DNA from: Lama glama
Taxonomy: Eukaryota
Length of the DNA stretch: 64,000 nucleotides
Direction: 5' to 3'
Assembly (NCBI GenBank): GCA_028534125.1
Contig: CM052823.1
Location: 83,266,001-83,330,000 of the forward strand
Shown: in pieces, positions 24,990 through 37,246 of the stretch
Layout of the letters: the number at the start of each line of letters is the position of its first letter
Numbering within the stretch: position 1 is the first letter of the stretch
Notes under the pieces: generated by a model
What the model saw: only the letters and a program-made list of their open reading frames with translations
What the model was told of the DNA's origin: nothing
The model's database searches: none
Made by a program: the position numbers and the translations under genes

Positions 24990-25819
24990 GTTTAAATATT
25001 AAAAAGAAAATAATGACAGCAATTTCAGCCCTAAGATGCGATACCTCACACATACACTCCACCCAAGTACCTTGTAAGTTAATTCCAAACCTGTTCGATC
25101 AACAACTATCGGCCAACAGCAGAATCTACTCTTTCTTCCTGACTCTCAGTAGCGTCTTCAAACGTAAAGTCCTAGCGCTTTGGAATTTACTCAGCTGTTT
25201 AACCAGCATCTGAGAGCCTCCTGTAGCCAGAGTGCAAAAATCAATCTCAGTCCTGAAACTTTACACAGATGCCAGAAAACAAAAGCAGAGCCCCACTCAT
25301 CATGGATTTCTGCATGCGATTTGAGTTACAGAAAAACAACATACGACAAAGAGGGCAAATTGGGTTTTTAGAAGCCATAAGTCTACAGTTGGCAGATAAA
25401 ATGCCATCTCAGATAATCACATTTGATTGTCGCTGATGTTAATATATGTCGATCCGCGTCGAGAGCAGCACACCAGAGGTTAGGTTTACTGCTCTGATGC
25501 AGATGTTTGCAATACTGATCTCAGCCATAACCCTGTGGGAATGGCATTCTTTATGTGTTCTGCACTGGATTTACGGCCAGGGAGCCATAAATGTTATAGT
25601 CCTTCAAACCTTTCGCTTGTGGAGATTGTCACAGTGAGTGAAAAGTAGAAAGACACAGATGTCTTCTGCTAGCAGGCCGTCTCCAGACCTGCTCGAGGAC
25701 ACAGCCTCCGCCAGGCCCTTAATCTCAGGCCATCTGAATGATCAGTGCCGCAGAGGTGTGAGGTCTCCCACCACCAATCACGTTCAGTTCAGATCTGCAG
25801 AGTTAGCGAGGGCTGTAGG

Positions 25820-26050
25820 TGCCAGGTTCTGGGCTAGACCTCGAGACAAGGCCCTTGACCTCAGGGCCCTCCCATGCTGGCCAGGGGACAGGCCGTACAC
25901 ACAGTCTGGCGTGGAATGTGCCATCACAGAGCTAGGCAGAGTGCCGCAGCGACTCTGCAAAGACAAGAGCCAGGGCCAAGACAACAGCTGTGCAAGCTTG
26001 CTTACAGGAGGTCATGTCTGAACCAAGACTTGAAGGATCAGCACGAGGAG
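25820..26050 (-). mobile_element. L2 fragment
   Basis: gacaaggcccttgacctcagggccctcccatgctggccaggggacagg...ggaggtcatgtctgaaccaagacttgaaggatca. Confidence 0.55.
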
Positions 26051-26234
26051 CATGAGCAAAGAAAGCTGTGGGGGGGGGGGAGGAGGGTGCATGTGCGCAC
26101 GCGGGCAAGTGTTGTTCATAAAAGGAAGGAAGAAAGCCACAGGTGCTAGAAACAGAGATGTGCCCCAGCGTGTCAGTGGCGCTCAGTCCTGGTCTAACGT
26201 GAAGTGGCAGGGGCTGGAGGAAAAAGCTGTGTCA

Positions 26235-26403
26235 AATGCAAAGAATATGGGCTGAGGAGTGAAGCAGATCTCAGTTCAAGTTCTAGGTTTATCACCTACT
26301 CAGACCGTGACGGTGAGTAACTTCCAGAGGTTCCATAACCTTCAGAGTTCAGTTAGTAACACATACCTCCGAGGGTCGGCGTGAGGATCCAGCAAGGTAA
26401 TGG
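26235..26403 (+). mobile_element. MIR fragment
   Basis: aagaatatgggctgaggagtgaagcagatctcagttcaagttctagg...tacctccgagggtcggcgtgaggatccagcaaggtaatg. Confidence 0.6.
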
Positions 26404-28157
26404 CTGGGTCCTGAGAGCCAAACAGGCTAGTAAACTGGTAAAGGGACAACAGAGCCACCAAAAAGGACAACATACCCTCCGTGGAGCAAGACATGAGCTT
26501 CTTTCTTTCTTTTTTTTTTTTTAAAGAATTCTATCGATGGCTCCTTCCTTCAGCACTGAATAATGATGGAAGAAGTCATTTAAGAGATGAAACTCAAAGG
26601 CACAGTGACAATGCTTGAATCTCTCATTTTTCCTGCGTCATCGTTATGAAGGTGACAGAAATGCCATCAGGGAGACAATGAATCATGAACACAATTGACA
26701 CTGTTCAAAATGACAGCCCCACAGGCACCCTCCCAGCGCCTAACCCAACACACGCTCCCTGCGCATCGCGGGCCCAGGACCGTCGGGGATGTGAAACAGA
26801 CCTCCCCTCCAAGTGACACAAAACCCACTTCGGACACGCCAGGAGCTACGGGACAGATGCAAAAGTTCTTTCAAGGCAAATTAATCAGCACCTCAAGCGT
26901 AAGAAAAGGAATTAATTTAGGATGTTCTGTTAACACGAGCTTTGCCAATTTCTCTTAGGGAGCATAAAAAGTCCCTAATGATTATGACTCAATGCCTGTG
27001 CTCTGGGAAAAACTCAAAGCTAAGTGGCTACTCTGTGCCAAGGCCCCCCCCTTAATTCTGTGTGAGAGGGAATTCTGCAGAATACAGACCTGGCTAACTT
27101 GGGAAATCATCCTGTTCCTTGCAGCCATGGCTTTGTTCATGCTCTTTCTTGCATGAACAACACGCATGCACACACATATGCACAGAGGAAAGAGAGTCGT
27201 CACGTCTGCAGGGGGGAGACCCCTCTCTTTCATAAACATCACGCAGGGTGGAAGGGATGCCTTTCACATGTCTGAATACACAGGCAATCCTTGGGGACTT
27301 CTCAGTCGTCTCCAAGCAAAAGCCCCTGGGGCCCAGGCAGAGAGTCTTGGCCTAGCCACAAATGGGAAAGAGCCCCTCACAGGTTTCAGAGCAGCCCTTT
27401 TCTGTACAGGAGGGGAGACTCATCCAGCTGCAGCAAAAACCATCACCCCAGGCTGTGGGTCCTGGGCATCAGGACTGATGTGCTGGGTTCCTATGCAGCC
27501 CGCCAGCGATGACAAGCCAGCCGGCTCCGAGCAGCCAGGGGGGAGCCACAGCCTTGTCATACTGTTGGTACACACAGCTTTCCAAAGGTGAATAGTTAAA
27601 AGAAAAATTCCAATTACCATGCTTGCGACCATTCTGAGGGTGGGTGGAAATAAACCAATGAAGTGCACAGGGGCAACACCTAATCATGCGGCCTGGAGGC
27701 TGGAATTCCCTCTAGCCCTAGTCCCTACTTCCTACTCTGGAAGCACCAGATATGGCAAGCCCGGGGGCTTCTCCCAGGGGACTTTTCTTTCTAGAGACGG
27801 CCCCCAAACTTGAGCTCCAGTGGCTAGAGAAAGGATGAAGGAGTTTTGCCCTAGGAGAAGGGGAAGCGGGGAGAGCTCCAGACACGAGCCTGGGTGCAGG
27901 GGACTAACCTCTTCACCAGCTGCGGGGCAACGCTGAGTCGGTCACCGTCAGGGTCTCCTATTTTGTTAGTCTGTTCACTGAGGAGTTGGGGGCAACGGAT
28001 GACCCTACAGCTTCCCTCCAGCTCTAAGTCTGACCCAGAGCAGAAGGTAACCCAAAGCAGGCTGTCCCCCTGCGGACGTGAACAAGGCAGCTGCCAACCC
28101 AGTGTCGCCGCAAGGCTCTGAAAAAAATACCCAGGCCTCCACTGGGGATCCCTGAAA

Positions 28158-28177
28158 ACGGTGCCACCTAGTGACTC
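28158..28177 (-). promoter_or_regulatory. candidate CTCF binding site
   Basis: minus strand reads gagTCACTAGGTGGCACcg, a 13/14 match to the core CCASYAGRKGGCRS; motif match only. Confidence 0.4.
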
Positions 28178-28674
28178 TCGGGTGAAAGACCGAAAACTAC
28201 TGAAACGCACTCATTGTACAGTTTTGGAACTGTGACCATTAACCCATTATGAGCCATTTCATCACCTACATGAAGTGAGCTATCCAGCAAGTCAGCCAGA
28301 GGTTAAGTAATTTTTTTTTTTGGTGGGGGCAGAACAGGTCTTAGATCTCCAGCCCAGGAAGATGACAGCAGCCTCAGTCCACACATGGACACTGCAACAA
28401 CTGTGGGGCAGCAGACAAGAGACAGGCTACTCGATTAAAGGGAATCCCAAGTCTCTCCCTGGGAAGCAGGAATCAGTGGCCCCCGGTTCACTGTCACCTA
28501 CTGTCATCCATGATGTGCCTCTGTTTGATACCCTGTCACCCCCAAAACGACCCCCCAAACTCACTCCCTCGACACACAGTCATCTGTGAGTTTTACAACA
28601 GCCAAAACCAGTGTCTGAAAACCTTCCAGTATCATTCTGTCCCGCCCAACACCTAAAACGGTCCACTGTTCCAT

Positions 28675-28830
28675 NNNNNNNNNNNNNNNNNNNNNNNNNN
28701 NNNNNNNNNNNNNNNNNNNNNNNNNNNNNNNNNNNNNNNNNNNNNNNNNNNNNNNNNNNNNNNNNNNNNNNNNNNNNNNNNNNNNNNNNNNNNNNNNNNN
28801 NNNNNNNNNNNNNNNNNNNNNNNNNNNNNN
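28675..28830. other. assembly gap (N run)
   Basis: run of n. Confidence 1.
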
Positions 28831-30859
28831 GCCAAATCCGCGCTCTTTAGAGCTCCGCTTATTGTTGCTTCTGCTGCTGTTGAATTACGCTGCTGAATAA
28901 AGGAAAAGTAAAAATAAGCCCCTCTAAGACGGCTGCTCTGTGTCAGAGCTCTATCTTTGTGAACCGAACAAGCTGAAATCAATTAAAAGTGTGCGTTCGG
29001 AGAATGCATCTCAGCTGTCTAATTGCACCACCTCTGCTTCAGGGCCAAAGTTTGACTCCCTGCCAAACTGCCATCAAGATGGGCGGCCGTCAGCGCGGCT
29101 GCAACTGCGGCTGCCTGCGTGCGATTCAAGGGCTCGTTGAAGGAAGGAAGCCTGGGATGCTCTGGGGCTCGGAGCACCCACCGAGGCTCCCGCTTCCCAG
29201 GGGCAGGGCTCAGGGCTGGTGCTCGAAGGACACCACAAAGCCCTCCGGGAGGAGGGGTCTGGGACAGAGTAGCTGGCCTCGCCCAGCTCTCCCAGCCTGA
29301 TGGTCCCAACAGATCAACTCTAGGAAGCGATCACAGGATGTTTTCTCCTGGTCCACAAGCATCTTCACATAAACAGAACTACTTCAAGGAAAGTAGAGCC
29401 AACACACCTTCACTGAGTATTCAGAGGTTCCCTGGGCTACGAAGTAGGGTTGAATCCACCATTAGAAACACAAGAACTGTTCCTAGGGGCTCACAGCCAA
29501 TAAAAGAGAAAGGACAGTGTGAGGTTCAGTGTTTCCTGGTTTGTAATACCAGGGCACATATTAAAATTATCTTTGAAATCCTTTCTAAAAACGCTTTTCA
29601 ACATTTAATGGTGATCCCAAGATGCGCTTTTATGTTTCAAGAAGCTGACACCATAGTCAAACAACAGAACAAACCAAGACAGAAATAAGGTTGACGCTGG
29701 TCTATATGATAAGGGGAAAGCCAGCCCTCTGGGGAACGTGCGCCAACACAAAGAATTGTTTGGGATCAGGAGCAAGAATGTTTAATCAATCATTGACAAT
29801 TGTCTCCATGGTTACAATGGACGTCTAGTCACCTGTCTTGCTTACTCTGGTGTGACCAGTCCTACAGGGAAGAAATAATAAGGGTCTTGGGGAAAAGCGA
29901 ATCTAGACCTCATTCAACTGAAAAAAACGGGTGGACTGTCCAGAAAACATCACATAAAAGAGAAATTTAAGTCTACTGAAGCCAACTTTTAGCCTCCAGA
30001 CTCCTTGGTAGCCAAAAGGTCTCCTGGTCCCAGTGAACTCTAGGGCAGCTCCATGATGCACCCTGTTCTTTTTATAGTAGGCGCTTCCCTCTCTGCCGAA
30101 GTGGCTGCTTTTCAGCAAAATTACTTGGCAGATACTGCTTTATCAAGTATAAATCAGATATGCTACTCTGGAATCTAAACCCACAAAGAATATGCCCCGC
30201 AACACAACATAATAATGATAAATAGCAGAGGTTACTGCTGCCAAAGGAAATGGAAAAACATGAATGAGAATGATCCCTGGGTGTGTCTTCCATGAGATTC
30301 CACTTCAATAACACTCTCCATTTACTTAAATCTCTACAATCTGATGGGCTTACACACTGCAAAATGAAATCAAATCCCATTTGAGGAGGAAATTAAAACG
30401 TTATGAACTGCCCTGGGTGGTGCTGGCATTGCGCGAAGAATGGCGAGTACTAACCACAGTCAAAGCCTCTTTCCCCTCCAGTCAACAGATATGGCCTGAG
30501 GCAGTGGAGCCGGCTGCTACCGGAGTTCCAGCTGGAGATTCAGGGGCTCCTCCCTGCAAATCAGCTGCAGAGGGAGCGAGGCGACTGTGTGGTGGAATGA
30601 CGACACAGGGGCAGACCCACTAGGACATCGGACGCCCAGCCCTCTGACTGTTTAAAACGCTCCCCGCCTCCAGCCCCACGCTCTGATCGCCTCCTTTCCT
30701 TGCTGTGAACACTGGGGCTCGACTTCCTCTCTTAAGTTGTGCACCTTCTGTCTTCTTAGACTCTCTGATCAGATGGATGGCTGATGCCTCTCTCATGGGA
30801 CTGAGGTTACAATAATTATTCAGTTATGCCACAAAGTCGTAAGTGGACAAAAAAAGATG

Positions 30860-31049
30860 AGGGCGTAGTGCACCCAACAGACAACTAACTACAATAGCCT
30901 TGACGTAGAAGAATGGATATACTGCAAAGTGCTTGAGGGATGAGAAAGAGCATCCTTTGCCAGCCTAAGGGAGGATGAATTCACCAGAGGTGCTATTTGG
31001 GCTGGTTATAGAAAGGGGAGCCCCACTGCACCAAGCAGAGACGAAAATT
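30860..31049. repeat. ~190-bp locally duplicated segment (copy of 32771-32968) flanked by a ~20-bp direct repeat
   Basis: first 51 bp are 46/51 identical to 32771-32821; flanks taagtggacaaaaaaagatg (30840-30859) and taagtgagcaaaaaaagaca (31050-31069). Confidence 0.88.
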
Positions 31050-32714
31050 TAAGTGAGCAAAAAAAGACAGTTATCTTTCCATCTGTCATAGTTTTCTAAA
31101 CCCTAATTAGACAGAAAAGACTCCTTTCTTAAGACTGGGGTTTTTTCCATATGAACAGATTAGGTGCCATCAGAGATCATCCCGGACTTCAGAGTTTCCC
31201 CGAGACACAGCACAAGGTCTCGGAGTAGGTGGCCATCAGGTACGGGTCTGCCAAGGGCATGAGTCGCCCAAATGATGTGGGCCCAAAGCCACATGGCAGA
31301 CGATGTGGGCATTATCCCCAAAGCCTGGGGATGTGGGCCTAAACACAGCTCTCTCTCTACCACCAGTGGCTGAGCTGTTGGTTTCTTCATCCTCGTACTC
31401 AGAGGACACCATGGATAGTGAGGAGACGCAGAAAACCATTTGAGAGTGGCCCACCCATGACACATTCCTGGGTATGGTGGCGACTGCAGACAGACCAACA
31501 GTCAGTGGGAGTGCTCATCTGGACTGGCAGGGTCGTGGCTCTCTGGTCACATCAACCCCCAGGAGGTGGTGGCTGTCACAAAGCCATTCTCATCATGACC
31601 AGTAACTTGACAACCATCTCTGAAGCTAACAAACTGAGGGGGTGGGGGTGGGGGGAAGGCATAATCATTCTCTTGCTCCACGAGGTCTAGAGGTGATCTA
31701 TGGCATCCATCACTCAGGGGTGATGGAGGTCCAGAGCTCCATGAAACAGGGTTTGAGCAGGAAGGTGCCAAGTGAAAATGAAACAACGTTCTCCACAATC
31801 ATGGACCCGCAGAAAGAAGGGATTGCTTTGGGGGAGAACTACAAATGCCCCTGTTTCCACGGCTAAGTCCGATTAGGCACATGATGGCCTGAGATCTTCA
31901 CCAAGGTTCAACATGGCTTGGGCTGTGCCTCACCTGGAGGACTTGGGCACAGGACACAGCCTCACACTGATGAACTTGGAAGGTCAAGGTGCGGCACTCA
32001 TTGGAAAGATCCGGTTTTTCCTCCTAAAGGTAGAGGATGAAGAGGCATCCATTCCTTTTGAAAAGAGGTGACTCTTCCTTTAGATGAGTGAACCAAAATG
32101 CTGAGATTTGCACAGCTTCCAAGGAAATCCTAGGATACTGAGAATTCTTGTCCCTAGAAGGCCTACAGGTTTAGGGGACAGAAATTCCCTAGTTACAGGA
32201 AGGAACATCAAGACCATATAATGGACCTCAGAGCAGTATTTTCATTTCACTGACTCTAATCAAATGACTGCAAGGTATAAACAAGCAAAATCCATGTAGC
32301 AGACACCTCGACTGCTGCTGTCCGGTCTATTTTAATAGACAAAGTAAATGGAGAGCCCAGCCTTTCCCCAGCCTCACCCCTAGGAGACATCCACTCACGG
32401 GCTAGCGGGCAAACCAGGAATGCCGTGCACTTTCTCAGCAAGGGAGCCCCTCAGCACCGACGCCAGGTTTCCCCAACGAGACCTACAAGGTCCACAAATG
32501 CACCAAGCACATCTGATGCTCATGGCTCTTGAGGAAGACAACACGCGTTAGACCAGAGATGACGCCACTGGAAACTCACATTCTAGTAGGAAACAAAACA
32601 GCTATACAAGTAACTTTAAAAATGTAGAGAGATGCTTATAAAGGGGAGGGATGGGTTTCTTCCAGATCAGGAAGAAATGGGAAATATTCTTTGGACAACT
32701 AGAGGGTATCCAAG

Positions 32715-32985
32715 GCTGGACCACATGCTGGGGATACAGTGACAAATATGACTCACTTGCTGCCCTTTCAAGGGTGTAGCGCACCCAACAGACAGCTAAC
32801 TACAATAGCCCTGATGTAGAAAAGCAACGGATATATGTGCAAAGTGCTTGAAGGATGAGGAAGAGCAGCTCCTTTGCCTGCTTAAGGGAAGATGAGTTCA
32901 CTAGGTGTGCTATTTGAGCTGGTTATGGAAAGGCGAGTCCCCCCCTTCACCAAGCGGAGAAGAGAATTCCAGGGAGAAGGCACTA
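32715..32985 (-). mobile_element. L2 fragment (donor of the local duplication)
   Basis: catgctggggatacagtgacaaatatgac...tgccctttcaagg...gctatttgagctggttatggaaagg...gaattccagggagaaggcac. Confidence 0.65.
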
Positions 32986-33009
32986 CATCTCCTGAAGGGC
33001 TCATATTTT

Positions 33010-33092
33010 TTTCTGCACCAACCTTGATTCTTGAGTGCCCAGCACAGTGCCTGAAACATCGTGGGAACTCCACCAAGGTTACTGAATCAGTC
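33010..33092 (+). mobile_element. L2 3' end
   Basis: gagtgcccagcacagtgcctgaaacatcgtgggaactc...ttactgaatcag. Confidence 0.6.
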
Positions 33093-35519
33093 AGAGAATT
33101 CAGGACACGGATGGACAGAATACCATGTGAGTGTAAAGCTATCACCAGGAAAGCCGCTGGTCAGATTCTTGTTTCTGAAAAATGTTTCCAGTCATCTAGT
33201 GAGTGGGAGTGAGCCGGCTCCACCAGGGAGAAGCTAGACAGCCTGGGTAGGGCTGTGCCTGGGCTGAGGGGTAGGCAGGACCAGGACGTGCAGAGATCAG
33301 CATAGGAGGCAGTTTCCAGAAACTTTTTAGACACTTGTTATAAGGATTTGTTTACCAAAAATATTATTTTAGAAGCATTTAAAAAAAACAGACCTTTTAA
33401 AAGACTTATTTCCTAAAAGCTTTTAATAATATGTACTAATGATTTTAAAATAAGCCAAATATAAAACCACTAATAAAAAGACTTTGATACAAGTAAACAA
33501 GGTCGGTGGCTACCCATCCGAGGAATCCTGGCAACTCTGTAAATATCAGCTCAGTCTGGGGGCTGGGCCCCGGTGACAAATGCATTTTCCAATTTCATGG
33601 AGAATGAGATAAGACAGCGCCAAGGTTGTGCAAGGATACGAAATCGCAGTGTACATAAACTAGAGGTTTAAACATTTTTATTTTTTTTTAAGCAGCAGAA
33701 CCCTTTCCTTAAAATCATATGCAAAACCCGGCAGGCAAATCAGATATAAACATAGGAATGCTTGTTTGAGATGGAACAGGAGGGCCTGGGGGACCCCAGG
33801 GTCCACTACCCCTGGAGACAACCACATAGACCCTGAATGAACTCCCCCAGGCATCTACTGGTGACACAAAATACTCTCCCAAAGTCAAGAGACTTCCAAG
33901 TTTGCCCAGCTTTCACAGCAAAGACCTGGTCCTCAGAATGACAAGATGTCCCCCAAAGACATTTGGATGGGACTTCTTGCTGCTTACTTTATCACCACCA
34001 GGAGGTTTGGAATTACAAAGCACGGGCCACAAACAAACTCCAGAAGTTCGTCCACAAGTGGGAGGAGCAAGGGGAGCACAAGGCTGGCTCCTCCTAAGGA
34101 GTCCGGGAGCTGGGATTTTGCAGATGAGAAATGGAGGGTCTGTGGGAGCAGCGCCTCGCCCAGGCACATACCCACCTGGGAGAAATCTGAGGCAGAGCCA
34201 GGTCTGAAGGCTCCTGAGGCTTCTTTGTGGCTCTGGGGCATAGTGGCTGGGTACCCCGATGTCCCTCATGGAACTGCAGCTTTCCTGGGAAAAACTGGAA
34301 TTGGGTACATTTCCTATCGAGCACTCTGGTATAAGCACGCAATGCAATGCGGTGTGGGGTAAATCCAAGGACATTTTGTTCTTCAGCAGAGACTGACAAG
34401 CTCATTTAGTAGCAACAATTCACAGTCCACCAGAAAATGCTGAATCTCACTTACAGATGTAGTGAAATGCAGGCAAAGACAGCCAAACAGCATTGAAAGC
34501 TATTTTAGACATGCACATTTTAATAACATAAATCTTTGTTTTTCTTAACAAAAGAGCCCCGCTAAATTATCTGTTACATCGACAGCCCCGCGAGAGAGGT
34601 TCTAATCCCCATTTCAGAGATGGAGAAACTGACAAGGGCAGGCTTCCAGAGAGGCGGTCAGAGCCCCATGGAGCTCACACAAAGAGCTTCCACAGTCAGC
34701 AAAACGCAGCCTCTGGGTGCCTAGGGAAGGCGGTTCAGAGTCATTAAAAATCAGTCCTGTCCCATCCCAAAAGGACATCTGGATAAATACGCACTGGGGA
34801 GACATGACTAGCAGGCTTACCTGAGGAATTTAATCCAAGGTTGCTTTAAATTCGCAGTACTTATGCCCTGGTCTGCGGTTTCCCTGCTGATAGAGTAGCA
34901 ATTCTCTAAAAGCTTCACAGGAGAATTTACCTTACATGTCTTTCCCTCAAACCCTTTCCAGGACATAAAAATTAAAGCCACTCACTGTATAAACCACCCC
35001 ATCTAAACAGTCTTTCTTCATTCTTTCTGATTTTCTTTTCCTGATCCCTTTGCAAATGGATTTCACACTCTAAAGGTTGCCAGGCTGACATCCTTAGGGA
35101 CCAGTCCTATCCATTTATGTGCAGGATCCAGAAAAGATGCCTGGCCCTTCTGCACACAGGCTCCACGCAGATGGAGAGGAGGGTGGGAGTGGGGAGACGG
35201 CAAGAAAGACAGCCTAGGTGCAGGGTTACCAGAACCCAGGGGCTGCTGAGCTGAAGAGCCCTGTGCCACTGTAAGAGCAGCTCTGCTCTGGAACTGGCTT
35301 ATTATTATCAGGGCTTCTTTGAAATAGAAGGGATTTGAAGATGCAGCAGCCTCTTGCCTATTTGCATTGAATGCAGTGGAGTGAGAAAGCAGCTCACGAA
35401 AAACTCCAAACTCTTTCCTACTGAGACGTTTCATTCAAAGCTCTTAATGTAGCGGCAATGGCCTCTGCAATCTAGTCCTGGTCCACCTCTTGAATCCCAC
35501 CTTCTCCTCTTCCACCTTT

Positions 35520-35877
35520 ATCTCCAACATCCTACATCCCAGCTGCACCCTTCCTGGTGCTTTTCTTTGTCCTAAAATGCCCTTCTCCAGACCACCACCC
35601 ATCCCCTGATTTAAAAGTCCAGCCCTTCTTTGGCAAAGCCTTTCCCAACACCCACCAGCAGGTCTGGCTACTCTCCCTCTAGGGACCCACATACCTCACA
35701 CGTTCCTCCAGTCTTGCTCCCATTCGCCGTGTACAATTACTTATGTAGAGCCAGCTCTCCCCACCAGGCAATGAGCTTCTTGACAGCACAGGCAATGTCT
35801 AATTAATCTTTGCTTGGTCTGAAAAACTATGGAAGCAAAGTGCCAGATACACAGCAGGTAGTTGAAAATGTATGTTT
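35520..35877 (+). mobile_element. L2 3' fragment
   Basis: ctccccaccaggcaatgagcttcttgacagcacaggcaatgtct...gcaaagtgccagatacacagcaggtagttgaaaatgtatgtt. Confidence 0.65.
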
Positions 35878-35949
35878 AAAAAAAAAAAAGCTGAGTCAAA
35901 CTGTGAGTGCATTCTCCAAAATATACCATTGGAGTGGTATAGTGGTATG

Positions 35950-36260
35950 TGTGACAAGTTCATTGTAATAGCAAGAAATAGGAAGCAATCTAAATAGCCC
36001 TCGATAGTGTAAATAATATGCACACATTAGGGAAGACTTGGCAGTCACTGATACAGCGAGGCAGGTCCTATGTCCCGACACAGACAAAGGGAAATAGATC
36101 AGCAGGTGAAAAAGTCTGAAGAAATCAACAAGGAATCCTTAGCAATGGTTACCTCGAAATAAGGGGAGGTACTGGGGATATGAGAGGTTGATTTCAATTT
36201 TTTCATCTTAGGTATTTTCTTAAATGTTTGAATTTTTATAAGTATACATTTTGGAATTTT
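35950..36260 (+). mobile_element. old L1 (L1ME-like) 3' UTR fragment
   Basis: ttgtaatagcaagaaataggaagcaatctaaatagccctcgatag and agcaatggttacctc...ggggagg...tgtttgaatttttata are typical L1M 3' UTR motifs. Confidence 0.65.
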
Positions 36261-36554
36261 TAAAGTGGGAAATTTTTTTTAAAATTTTAATTTTACAAAA
36301 GGGATTTCAAAATTCCCTTGAAGTGGAATTTCATTTAAAGTATCCAGGTTAATACTCCTGTGAATTAAACCCATCTGGTAAATGAAACAGTCTTGTCATG
36401 GACCTACCAAGTTCCTTGAAATGTGGAGACAAATAAAATAATGAAATGATTTTCTGGGCACTCATGACGTGTCCCATTGTGCTCTCAGATCAGCTTCTCT
36501 CTGGCACAACGCTCTGGAAAACTCGCCTCTGCTAGCCTGTTATCTGGATTTGAG

Positions 36555-36632
36555 TTATTTCAACTCAATAAATATTAATGGGGCACCTCCCATGTAGAAG
36601 GCACATGTGCACGGCCATGGATGCAAAAGAAA
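36555..36632 (-). mobile_element. L2 3' end
   Basis: caactcaataaatattaatggggcacctcccatgtagaaggcacatgtgc...ggatgcaaaag. Confidence 0.55.
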
Positions 36633-37149
36633 AAGTGAGTGACGCCAGCCCCAGCATCTCCAGGCTCCTCCTCTCCAGGCAGAATCTCAAGCAGGGCAGA
36701 AAGCGACAAGTACGATGCAAAGGAAAAAGCAAACAGGACGGGCAACGGGTGCAGTGGGAAGACTGGGGGATCCTGTGGAAGAACGGGATGGGAAAGGGCC
36801 TAGAAGGACAGGTCAGACTGACCAGCAAGAGGCCGGAGCAGAAGAGACGGGTGTCGGCTTTGTCCTGCTGCCCTGGCACATTGGACTTGCAGCTAAATAT
36901 CCAACCTTGAAGGGATGTTCTGCATGCAAAGTAAATGCAAGGAATTGCCACGTACCTGGAATATAAATCCAACCCTCTCCCAGACATTACAAGAGCCACG
37001 TAACCCCAGCTTGCCTCTTTCTCTGACCTCGATTCCAGCTGCCTCCTCTCCCCTCCCCTAACTGCAGGCGCCCAGCGCCCCGCCCCAAGTTCATTCAGCC
37101 TCCAAGACTTTCCACTGCTGTTTTCCCTCAGCCTGGGGGAGAAACTCGA

Positions 37150-37246
37150 TCAGAGTGGGGCCTTTGTCTTGTTTACAATTTTATCCTCAGTGCCTAGCAC
37201 ACAGTAGGAGCTCAATAAATATCTTTGGGGTAAATAAATGGATAAA
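37150..37246 (+). mobile_element. L2 3' end
   Basis: tttgtcttgtttacaattttatcctcagtgcctagcacacagtaggagctcaataaatatctttggggtaaataaatgga. Confidence 0.85.

Noticed and set aside
29119-29688. 189-aa + strand ORF
   Set aside because: Non-ATG start, no homology recognised, and the GC-rich 5' part explains the lack of stops
33308-33540. AT-rich segment with possible Tip100-like ends (cagtttccag ... ctggcaactctg)
   Set aside because: The inverted repeats are too degenerate and no TSD is visible; needs a Dfam search
34821-34905. Minus-strand exon candidate with a consensus donor CAG|gtaagc
   Set aside because: Weak acceptor, 85 nt is not frame-preserving, and the only open frame is unrecognised
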